NCBI GenBank assembly: GCA_020353515.1
Contig: CP070695.1
Span: 151,234 to 172,989, forward strand
Length of the DNA: 21,756 nucleotides
From: Candidatus Heimdallarchaeota archaeon
GTDB lineage: Archaea; Asgardarchaeota; Heimdallarchaeia; Hodarchaeales; Hodarchaeaceae
Direction of reading: 5' to 3'
Shown one piece after another: positions 14,205 to 21,756 of the stretch. A program made the translations under genes and the position numbers. The notes beneath the pieces are model-generated. The model did not search any database, was not told where the DNA came from, and was given only the letters and a program-made list of their open reading frames with translations. Every line of letters begins with the position of its first letter. The stretch's first letter is position 1.

Positions 14205-15764
14205 TTGGACGCTTTTCAGACAATGTTCAATCATTATGTCTGTTCTGGTCATGCTTTATTATATGTAGACACATCCGAAAAAGATCGTGCAATAAATTCT
14301 ATAGCCAGCGCAGCCGAAGAAATAGGAAGACATATTTTGATATGGTCTGTTGCTACTGGTTGGAGGGATAAAAAGGGTAAACAAGTTAATAATCCTCCAC
14401 CAAGTCCCCAAATAGAAGATCATATACAATGGATAACTCAATCAGAAAAAAGTACAATTCATATACTACAAGATTTTGGGGAATATCTAAAACATGACAC
14501 ATATCCAAATTATGACCTAGTTATAAGTTGGTTAGATCAACTCCGTAAAATTATAGCTTCTGCTGAACAAACAATAGTGTTCGTTGGACCAGACCTTTTT
14601 ATCCCAAAAACATTACTACATGATATAACCAGAATAGATTTCGAATTGCCGGATACGGCACAAATCACAGAAAGAATAAATTTTATCTGTAGCTATGTTA
14701 TTGATGATAGTGGAAAACAAATCGAGCCAGATAAAAAATTAATTCCACAAATAGTGGATGCATGCAGGGGAATGACCGCCCAACAAGTTTGTGATCGGGT
14801 TGCTTTGGCACTAAGAATTCATAAGGATTTAAACGAAGGTTCAATTCAAACTATTGTTAGAGAGAAAGCTGGAGTAATACGTGCATCAGGATTATTAAAC
14901 TACATAGAACCACCAGATGGGGGACTGTCAAATATTGGTGGATACGATGCATTAAAACGACATGTAATGCTAGACAAACCCTGTTTTTCGCAAACTGCCA
15001 GAGATTTCGGAATAGAATTCCCTCGTGGATTAATGCTGGTTGGAATACCTGGTTGCGGAAAAACATTGCTATCTATTGCAATTGCGTCCGAACTAAATCT
15101 ACCACTAATATCTATGGATGTTGGAAATATAATGGACAAGTATGTTGGAGAATCTGAAAATAAAATTAGAGACGCAATTAAAATGATAGACAGGATAGCT
15201 CCATGCGTTCTACAATTAGACGAAATAGAAAAAGGATTTGGTGGTGCTGGGAACATGGAGGGCGGTGCCACACGCCGTGTATTTGGAACCTTCATAAAAT
15301 GGCTAAATGACAGAACATCTCCGGTATACATTGTTGCCACAGCTAATCAGGTTGAATCACTCCCTCCTGAATTTTGTAGAAAGGGTAGATTTGATGAAAT
15401 CTATGGATTAGACCTTCCTAATGATGATGAACGTCAAGAAATATTTAAAATCCATCTTAATAAAAGAAATAGAAATCCAATGGAATTTGAAATAGAATCT
15501 CTAGCAAATAAAACGAACGGATACACTGGTGCCGATATAGAACAAATAATAAAACTTGGATTAAAAATGGCATTTTTCAGAAAAGAATCATTATTCACAG
15601 CCCATTTATTAGAAGCTATTAAAGAAATTATTCCCCTATCGAAAACGGAAGCTAATCGCATAACTGCAACCAAAACATGGTGTGAAAAACATGCAAAACC
15701 GGCAAACAAAACAAACGATGTAAATATGTCTACAGGAAGAAAAGTTGTTATAGGTTCAGAATAG
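14205..15764 (+). CDS. AAA+ ATPase, Ycf46/SpoVK-like (classical AAA clade)
   Basis: AGGAG SD with TTG start; Walker A GIPGCGKT, pore loop KYVG, Walker B VLQLDEIEK, sensor-1 ATAN, Arg finger RKGRFD, GYTGADIE. Degenerate N-terminal AAA-like domain. Confidence 0.9.
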   Translation: MDAFQTMFNHYVCSGHALLYVDTSEKDRAINSIASAAEEIGRHILIWSVATGWRDKKGKQVNNPPPSPQIEDHIQWITQSEKSTIHILQDFGEYLKHDTYPNYDLVISWLDQLRKIIASAEQTIVFVGPDLFIPKTLLHDITRIDFELPDTAQITERINFICSYVIDDSGKQIEPDKKLIPQIVDACRGMTAQQVCDRVALALRIHKDLNEGSIQTIVREKAGVIRASGLLNYIEPPDGGLSNIGGYDALKRHVMLDKPCFSQTARDFGIEFPRGLMLVGIPGCGKTLLSIAIASELNLPLISMDVGNIMDKYVGESENKIRDAIKMIDRIAPCVLQLDEIEKGFGGAGNMEGGATRRVFGTFIKWLNDRTSPVYIVATANQVESLPPEFCRKGRFDEIYGLDLPNDDERQEIFKIHLNKRNRNPMEFEIESLANKTNGYTGADIEQIIKLGLKMAFFRKESLFTAHLLEAIKEIIPLSKTEANRITATKTWCEKHAKPANKTNDVNMSTGRKVVIGSE

Positions 15765-15772
15765 GAGATATC

Positions 15773-16753
15773 ATGAACAAAGAAAATAATTTTTCGCTTT
15801 TTAATCTTGGATGCTTGGTGAACCTAAGAATCCGTATGTGGTCGGGTAGAAAAATGTTAACAAGAGGAGACTTACAAAGAATAGGATATGACCCCAACAA
15901 ATTACCAAGTGATATCGTAAATCTTGGTAGAAAATTAATGGTTCCCAAGTCAGAATTACATGCGCTAACACATATCGATCAAAAATCACGCAATATTCTT
16001 GAAAAATGGTCAATGCCATTCGGGATAAGTAATGCACATTTTGTACCAGCAAAAATGTTACCAACGGTGGAAGCACAATTAAAAGAATTAAAAGAAGAAT
16101 TTTTCGAAAAGGTTGATAGTCTTATTGCGAGATTCGATGATCTGGTGGATACAGTAAAACAGGCACACCCAGACTTTTGGGAAAAGTGTTTAAGAAATCA
16201 TTATCCAGCAAATCCAAAAGCCCTGAGAAGCAAATTTCAATTTAATTGGTACACATTTAAAATAAGTGGAATAGACACTAAGGAAACAAGTGTTTCTGAA
16301 GCAATGACAGAGCATCAACTACAAATAGAAAAAAATCAAGAATTGCGCAAACAAATGCAAGAAGAAGTAAATAGGTTTGTTGAAGATTATGTAATCACTA
16401 TGAGACAGGAAACTGTTAAATTCTGCGAATTAGTACAAGCGAGAGTTAATGGTACTGCTTTTGGTGATGAAACCGAAAGTAAAATACTAACTCCACGATC
16501 TATTGGTTGTTTTAGAAAATACATTGATAAATTCAAAAATATGAATATATTTGGAGATAAAGAAATTGAAAAAATGTTGGATGAATTCAAGAATCAGTTT
16601 CTTAATAGTGGTGTCGGACCAAAGGATTTCGAATCTTCAAATGTTAAAGCTGGGGTTACAATGGCGCTAGAAGCCATTCGACAAAAAGCGGCAACGGAAA
16701 CCGAAAGTGCTGGTCAATTTATTGGTGAATTAAAGAGAAGAATAGTTTTATAA
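15773..16753 (+). CDS. DUF3150-like protein
   Basis: AGGAG SD; VNLRIRMWSGRK..LGRKLMVP..PFG...HFVP pattern recalled for DUF3150, and position next to a Ycf46-like AAA gene. Confidence 0.65.
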   Translation: MNKENNFSLFNLGCLVNLRIRMWSGRKMLTRGDLQRIGYDPNKLPSDIVNLGRKLMVPKSELHALTHIDQKSRNILEKWSMPFGISNAHFVPAKMLPTVEAQLKELKEEFFEKVDSLIARFDDLVDTVKQAHPDFWEKCLRNHYPANPKALRSKFQFNWYTFKISGIDTKETSVSEAMTEHQLQIEKNQELRKQMQEEVNRFVEDYVITMRQETVKFCELVQARVNGTAFGDETESKILTPRSIGCFRKYIDKFKNMNIFGDKEIEKMLDEFKNQFLNSGVGPKDFESSNVKAGVTMALEAIRQKAATETESAGQFIGELKRRIVL

Positions 16754-17010
16754 TGGACAAAAAAGATGTTTATGGCGCAGCCGTTAATTTATCTGGCCTA
16801 TGGGGACCATATAAAATGTCATGGGATGAAGAATGTAATCAGTATTATGATAAAAGTGGAGAATTTTCTGTAAACCAACTTGGAGAATACCATAGAGATG
16901 GGGTTATTGAATTTGCATCCCAGAATAAAAATGAAACATTTCTATGGGCTAGTGGTGTTAAAGCTGCTATGAAAATGTTAAGAGAATGGGCTTATACTGG
17001 AGAAAAATAA
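16753..17010 (+). CDS. hypothetical protein
   Basis: TAATG translational coupling, 85 aa. Confidence 0.65.
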   Translation: MDKKDVYGAAVNLSGLWGPYKMSWDEECNQYYDKSGEFSVNQLGEYHRDGVIEFASQNKNETFLWASGVKAAMKMLREWAYTGEK

Positions 17011-17011
17011 A

Positions 17012-17428
17012 TTGAGTCGTTATTGTAAAGTTGAAACAGAATTTAAAAATGAATCAGCATTAATAGCTGCATTGATGGAAACACAAAGATGGACCAAACA
17101 ACAGATAGAAGTCCATTCTACTCCAAAACATTTATTTGGATATACAGGGGATAAAAGAAAAGAAATAGCACATATTATTATTCGCCGAAAACATGTTGGT
17201 AGTGCATCTAACGATCTTGGCTTCATTAAAAATTCGAATGGCCAATACGAAGCAATAGTATCTCAATACGATAAACGAAGATATGGAGAAAATTGGTTCA
17301 AACAACTAAAGGGCAATTATGCATTTCATGCATTAAAATTAGAACAAGAACAACGAGGCCGCAGAGTAGTAAGAGAATTTAATAGAACTACTAAAAAACA
17401 ATTAGTTAGAATAACAGGATATAGATAA
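17012..17428 (+). CDS. DUF1257 (Ycf35-like) protein
   Basis: GGAG SD with TTG start; SRYCKVETEFKN..ALIAAL, LFGYTGD, AHIIIRR and NDLGF...GQYEAIVSQYD motifs. Confidence 0.8.
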   Translation: MSRYCKVETEFKNESALIAALMETQRWTKQQIEVHSTPKHLFGYTGDKRKEIAHIIIRRKHVGSASNDLGFIKNSNGQYEAIVSQYDKRRYGENWFKQLKGNYAFHALKLEQEQRGRRVVREFNRTTKKQLVRITGYR

Positions 17429-17429
17429 A

Positions 17430-17684
17430 ATGAATGCATTAGATATCTTAGATTTCCAAAAAAATAAAAAGGCGATAGAAAAAAACGGTTGTTTTATCAC
17501 TGTTGTCTCCGGATGTGGACATTCACTTGGCAGTTTTGTAGTAGGAGATGTTAAACATAAAAAGAAGTGGAAATCGATGCTCGATAAAAAAAATTGTCCT
17601 ATAGGTATTTTTAAATCATTAGAAGAAGCGACAGCTTTTGTAATAGGTTTTACCGTAGCAAAAAATAAAAAATGGAAATATTAA
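17430..17684 (+). CDS. hypothetical protein
   Basis: 84-aa ORF abutting both neighbours. Confidence 0.6.
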   Translation: MNALDILDFQKNKKAIEKNGCFITVVSGCGHSLGSFVVGDVKHKKKWKSMLDKKNCPIGIFKSLEEATAFVIGFTVAKNKKWKY

Positions 17685-18041
17685 ATGTCCCTTACGTTTA
17701 TAAATCCATACACTGGAAAACCAGAAAAAGCAGTTTTCTGTTTTACCGGTAAATCTCCTAAACCAAGAAGTGAAATGCAGAAAATAGCTATTCAGGCAGG
17801 TGGTTCAGTTACAAAATCCATAACTAATCAAACCACTATCTTGGTAATAGCTGATCCACAAAGTCAATCAGCTAAAGCTAAGAGGGCAAGACAAAAACTA
17901 ATTTATATAATCAGTCCAGAAGAATTTTTTAAAATGTGTCAACATGTTTCTACAATAATTCCAGAAGTCAACAAAAAAGTATATTGTTCAATTCCCAAAA
18001 AAGAAAATAAATATTCTCAAAAAAGACGCATCAAATTATAG
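17685..18041 (+). CDS. stand-alone BRCT domain protein (LigA/RFC-type BRCT)
   Basis: FCFTGK..PRSEM....GGSVTKSIT..TTILV......SAKAKRA....IISPEEF is the NAD-ligase BRCT pattern. Confidence 0.85.
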   Translation: MSLTFINPYTGKPEKAVFCFTGKSPKPRSEMQKIAIQAGGSVTKSITNQTTILVIADPQSQSAKAKRARQKLIYIISPEEFFKMCQHVSTIIPEVNKKVYCSIPKKENKYSQKRRIKL

Positions 18042-18049
18042 GAGGAATT

Positions 18050-19072
18050 ATGCAAGACAGAAAATTGTGTTTTAATGATATTTTATTGGTTCCTTACTAT
18101 TCTGACATAGATTCTCGCACAGTTCCAGATATATCTACTAAAATTGCTAACCTGGAATTAAAAATACCAATCATATCATCTCCAATGGATTCAATAACCG
18201 GTGAAGATATGGTAGTATGTTTGGATAAACTCGGTGGATTGGGTATATTGTCTCGTCATATAAACATTCATCCCGATGATGAACTTTGTATGCAAATGCG
18301 TTCTATTAAATCTGCAATAAAACGCGGAGCAAAAAATATAGGATGCGCAATTGGCGTTAAAAATGATATTGTTACAAAAACTAAACATCTATTAAATAAT
18401 GGTTGTAATGTCATCTGTATAGATGTAGCGCATGCTGATCATGCTAAGATATACGAGACAACAAAAATATTAGCTAAATTAAAGGATGTATACAGGTTTA
18501 CTCTTATCGTTGGCAACGTTTGTACGCCTAGAGCGGCAATGAATTTAATTGATTGTAAAGCAGATGTAATAAAGGTAGGAATAGGACCAGGGGCAGCTTG
18601 TAGCACAAGGTTAATAACAGGCTTTGGATACCCTCAATTGTCAGCCATTCAAGAAATACGAAGCTATGCAAATAAAAGATCGGACCTTTATGGGAATAGG
18701 GTATTTATAATTGCCGATGGTGGACTTAGGACAAGTGGAGATATGGTTAAGTCTTTATGGGCTGGCGCTGATGCATGTATGATTGGATATATGCTTGCTG
18801 GAACTAATTGTGCTCCACAGATAAATGGAAAAAGAATATATCGAGGAATGAGTAGCCGCGCAGTATCCGGCAGATCAGACATAGCACCAGAAGGTGTAGA
18901 AATAGAAGTAGGGGATAATGGAGAAACAGAAGAGGTTATAAATGAATATATTAAAGGAATACGTTCTGGTCTTGCTATGGGCGGTGCATCTAATATAGAA
19001 GAATTAAGAAAAGTTGATTGTGTAGTGGTTAGTCCACTGTCAATAGAAGAAACATTGCCAAGGAATAAATAA
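18050..19072 (+). CDS. IMP dehydrogenase / GMP reductase family protein without CBS domains
   Basis: FNDILLVP, PIISSPMDS, IDVAHA, GNV, KVGIGPGAACSTR (catalytic Cys loop), IADGG, YRGMSS and PEGVE motifs; GGAGG SD. Confidence 0.9.
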   Translation: MQDRKLCFNDILLVPYYSDIDSRTVPDISTKIANLELKIPIISSPMDSITGEDMVVCLDKLGGLGILSRHINIHPDDELCMQMRSIKSAIKRGAKNIGCAIGVKNDIVTKTKHLLNNGCNVICIDVAHADHAKIYETTKILAKLKDVYRFTLIVGNVCTPRAAMNLIDCKADVIKVGIGPGAACSTRLITGFGYPQLSAIQEIRSYANKRSDLYGNRVFIIADGGLRTSGDMVKSLWAGADACMIGYMLAGTNCAPQINGKRIYRGMSSRAVSGRSDIAPEGVEIEVGDNGETEEVINEYIKGIRSGLAMGGASNIEELRKVDCVVVSPLSIEETLPRNK

Positions 19073-19371
19073 TGAAAATTAAATTAACAAAAAATTGGCG
19101 TAGACCACATGGTTCTATGAGAATGGAAGCTGCTTGTCATAATTTAAGATTATTATGTTGCTTTGAATGGCCAGATGGCAAACACAACATAAAATATTTT
19201 GGTGTAGTGCACCTATATGACTACAGCGGTTCTATTATTTACTCATTAAGAGGAAAATATAAAGATAGAGAATCAAGGGCTATTAAAGACGCAGAAAAAT
19301 TAGCAGTTGAATTACTCTTAAATCTAAAAGAATCTATTAATATTCTTATTAAAAGTTCAATACTATGTTAA
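19072..19371 (+). CDS. hypothetical protein
   Basis: TAATG coupling, 99 aa. Confidence 0.6.
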   Translation: MKIKLTKNWRRPHGSMRMEAACHNLRLLCCFEWPDGKHNIKYFGVVHLYDYSGSIIYSLRGKYKDRESRAIKDAEKLAVELLLNLKESINILIKSSILC

Positions 19372-19610
19372 AAGATTGCAAAGTAGCCCACAATAAATAT
19401 CATAAATGGTTATACGATCACAATGTATATATATCACAAATTTACTTCTCATCCGATTGTGTAACCGTACATCGTCACTGTTCCTTATGTGGTAAGCATG
19501 AGATCGCCGTTGCCAAAGAGCGGCAAAAATCTCCTGAAGGATTAATATTTCCAGACATTATTCTGGGTTTAAATGGTGAAAAGGTTTATCCCATAACAAA
19601 AAAACAATAA
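19365..19610 (+). CDS. hypothetical protein, possible Zn-binding (HKW...CSLCG)
   Basis: 81-aa ORF overlapping the upstream stop. Confidence 0.6.
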   Translation: MLKDCKVAHNKYHKWLYDHNVYISQIYFSSDCVTVHRHCSLCGKHEIAVAKERQKSPEGLIFPDIILGLNGEKVYPITKKQ

Positions 19611-19683
19611 CTGTATAAAGGATATCAATTAATGGACTTAAAATTAAAAATAAATTTCCAAAATCAAATAGTGAGTTATATCA

Positions 19684-19935
19684 ATGCAGATAATATTCGA
19701 AATAGATGAAGATGGGAATCTTAATGGTCTATATACAGATGAAGTAGATTTATTCTCAATCGGTAGAGTTACTAATATTCGCCGTGCATCAAATGTTGAG
19801 TTTAACGAAACAGACCAACTTTGGGAAGTCATATCTTTAGATGGAAAAGTTCTACATCAAAATAAAAATAGAGAAAAGGCTATAGAATGGGAAATTGAAT
19901 ATTTTTCCCCAGGAAGGATGTATTATAATGGCTAA
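19684..19935 (+). CDS. conserved small protein of AAA/DUF1257-associated clusters (LY.D.VDL..IG...RRASNVE)
   Basis: The pattern IDEDG...LYTDEVDL..IG..IRRASNVEF....W...R..A..WE matches small proteins I recall next to AAA/DUF1257 genes in planctomycete elements (unverified). Confidence 0.65.
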   Translation: MQIIFEIDEDGNLNGLYTDEVDLFSIGRVTNIRRASNVEFNETDQLWEVISLDGKVLHQNKNREKAIEWEIEYFSPGRMYYNG

Positions 19936-20254
19936 AATAACCATGAAATTTAAATTAAAAAAGAATTCATCTATCCGCGCAAATGGTCTATATGATTTAG
20001 AAGAAATAATGGGTGAATGTAGTGGTCATGGATGTGGTAATGGTGGGGAAGACATAGATTGGCTAATAAAAAAAAATAAGAAAGAATTCGATTCATTAGA
20101 TATTCACGAAGAGAACGGATACATTACAATTCGTTATTGTAGATTCCCAGAAGATATTCTAGATACAATAGAATTAGCTATAAATAGTTTACCTAAAAAT
20201 TGGTTAACAAAACTTAAAAAAGTAGTTGAAAAACATTGTGTTGGAAAATTATAA
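19928..20254 (+). CDS. hypothetical protein
   Basis: ATG 19928 (MAKITMK) with AAGGA upstream; preferred over TTG 19895. Confidence 0.6.
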   Translation: MAKITMKFKLKKNSSIRANGLYDLEEIMGECSGHGCGNGGEDIDWLIKKNKKEFDSLDIHEENGYITIRYCRFPEDILDTIELAINSLPKNWLTKLKKVVEKHCVGKL

Positions 20255-21138
20255 TGAATAATTTCACAGAAAAAGACATAGATAATTGGTGGTATAAGAA
20301 ATCATTATCAAACGCTAAGTATCATAAGATATTTGATATTCCTGGTCAATTACAAATGCGATGTGGAAAATTATTAGAAGCTGATAAGTCTAAGCTTGAC
20401 AAGAAAAGGAAGCCATCTAAAACAGAAAGATGTAAAAAATGTGAGCGTAGTAGACCAAAAGGTGTAGAGAATACTATTCAAATATTTACATCTGGACTCT
20501 CAAAACTAACTACGAGAGGATATTATGGTGATAATTCCTATAATAGCACAGATTGCACAGGACAATGTGATGATTATTGTAGATGTGCAAGAATAACTGA
20601 TACAAAAGTTAATGAATTATACTACAATAGTATATTAAATACTGTAATACCGCAAAAGCACAAACAAACAATTCTTGGCTATTGTGTAGAACGTATATTA
20701 CAATTATGTGGCGCACTAGATAAGGATAATTGGGAAGTTAGGGTAGAAAGTGGATATTACGGAGAAGAAACTCGCGGAATTAGTTTAAGCTTTTTAGTTG
20801 GCAAAACAGTCATAGGCCATATCCTTAAAATAATAAATCTTCCATCGTCTAAACAAATCGAATATATATTAGAATTAGAGTACGGATATGTTCTACCATC
20901 ATTGCTCGGAAGAAATTGGCGAATAACTGAGTTCCCAAGAAATTCTATAAATCTAGGACAAGAGAAATATTACGATAAAAAATTATCTCAAGAAATTGTA
21001 AAGAAATATCAAGATCATGAATTTCCAATTTGTATATGTATAAATGAAGAATATGGAATTTATAGATTAATAGACGGATATCATAGATTTGCTGCAACAA
21101 AAGGTAAAGAAAAAATTCCTATAATTTTAGGGAGTTAA
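20254..21138 (+). CDS. protein with a C-terminal ParB/sulfiredoxin-like domain and Cys-rich N-terminal part
   Basis: C-terminal FPICI....YRLIDGYHRFAA...KIPII is the ParB/Srx DGxHR motif; also CKKC and DCTGQCDDYCRC. ATG 20254 is coupled to the upstream TAA. Confidence 0.65.
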   Translation: MNNFTEKDIDNWWYKKSLSNAKYHKIFDIPGQLQMRCGKLLEADKSKLDKKRKPSKTERCKKCERSRPKGVENTIQIFTSGLSKLTTRGYYGDNSYNSTDCTGQCDDYCRCARITDTKVNELYYNSILNTVIPQKHKQTILGYCVERILQLCGALDKDNWEVRVESGYYGEETRGISLSFLVGKTVIGHILKIINLPSSKQIEYILELEYGYVLPSLLGRNWRITEFPRNSINLGQEKYYDKKLSQEIVKKYQDHEFPICICINEEYGIYRLIDGYHRFAATKGKEKIPIILGS

Positions 21139-21145
21139 GAATATT

Positions 21146-21376
21146 ATGAAGAAATGGTATTGGTGGGTAAGAATTCATAGATCATGCGTTAAAAGTGATA
21201 AAGATGCAGAAACATTGACTGATCTCCTTCTAAAATATAAAGGTAGTTTTAATACAGAAAATAATAGAAATATGTGGTTTGATTTTGACCACAAACTTTG
21301 CGCAATAGGATTTTTAAACAATATAACGGGGAAATTACCATACTTAAAAATATCAATGGGGAACGCACATGATTAG
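21146..21376 (+). CDS. hypothetical protein
   Basis: GGGAG upstream, 76 aa. Confidence 0.6.
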   Translation: MKKWYWWVRIHRSCVKSDKDAETLTDLLLKYKGSFNTENNRNMWFDFDHKLCAIGFLNNITGKLPYLKISMGNAHD

Positions 21377-21596
21377 AACAAAAAATTATTTAATAGTAAA
21401 ATTTAATAAAAAACATGGATGGTTACCGGTAAAAGAATATGGTAGTATAGAATTTTATTCATGGAGAGATGCCCAAGAAGTCTTACGAGACATACGGAAT
21501 GGAGAAATAGAAGGACATTCTAAAAATTGTCAATACAAGATTATGCAACTTTCTTATTGTGATATTAACCAAGTAACAAATTTGCTTCTGGTATAA
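21369..21596 (+). CDS. hypothetical protein
   Basis: 75-aa ORF overlapping the upstream stop. Confidence 0.6.
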   Translation: MIRTKNYLIVKFNKKHGWLPVKEYGSIEFYSWRDAQEVLRDIRNGEIEGHSKNCQYKIMQLSYCDINQVTNLLLV

Positions 21597-21608
21597 AGGA
21601 ATAATAAT

Positions 21609-21755
21609 ATGAACAAAGAACAATATATTAAAGCATCGGAAAAAAGAATAGCAGATTGGTGTAAGGCATGTGGATGCGAAATTCCACCACCAGCATGGAT
21701 AGCAGTAATAAGTGAACTAAAAACAATGTATGACATTAATGGTCTGCCTTTACTG
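21609..21755 (+). CDS. hypothetical protein, 3'-truncated by the window edge
   Basis: AAGGA SD, ATG 21609, MNKEQYIKASEKRIADWCKACGC... open to the window end. Confidence 0.55.
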   Translation, partial: MNKEQYIKASEKRIADWCKACGCEIPPPAWIAVISELKTMYDINGLPLL

Positions 21756-21756
21756 G

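Noticed and set aside
19928-20254. DUF2997-like partner expected with AAA/DUF1257 clusters
   Set aside because: The resemblance (ITMKFKL...G..C) is only vague; no convincing DUF2997 ORF was found in the window.
1-21756. All minus-strand ORFs in the ORF track
   Set aside because: They lie antisense to well-packed + strand genes or the tRNA, have no recognisable motifs, and look like shadow frames.
1-21756. Stop-codon reassignment (genetic code 15 or 4), as seen in some large phages
   Set aside because: Code 11 gives near-complete coding density, and TAG (828, 1009, 18041) and TGA stops are directly followed or overlapped by the next gene's SD and start.
1-21756. CRISPR array, IS element, integrase or att site at the tRNA
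   Set aside because: I saw no regularly spaced repeats, no transposase or integrase motifs, and no duplicated tRNA 3' end.

Overview
AT-rich window (~30% GC by eye) densely packed with about 50 mostly short genes, all on the + strand, many overlapping or abutting and many preceded by GGAG-type Shine-Dalgarno sites. It has one tRNA, a T4 endonuclease V-like glycosylase and no core cellular or virion genes. This layout is most consistent with an accessory or early region of a large phage or similar mobile element (inference). The main feature is a complete-looking ubiquitin-like conjugation operon at 8997-12154: a Ubl ending GG-SR, an E2/UBC-like protein fused to about 10 CxxC-x4-CxxC repeats, a JAB/JAMM peptidase and a ThiF-type E1. 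It is followed by a radical SAM gene and a Ycf46-like AAA+ ATPase / DUF3150-like / DUF1257-like module. A second, diverged Ubl paralog lacking the C-terminal glycines lies 4.5 kb upstream (4256-4504). A strong intrinsic terminator separates the Ubl from its enzymes. Other recognisable products are an IMPDH/GMP-reductase family enzyme, an isochorismatase-family hydrolase, a stand-alone BRCT protein, a ParB/Srx-like domain protein and a permuted arginase-like metallohydrolase. All family assignments come from motif recognition by eye; no searches were run.
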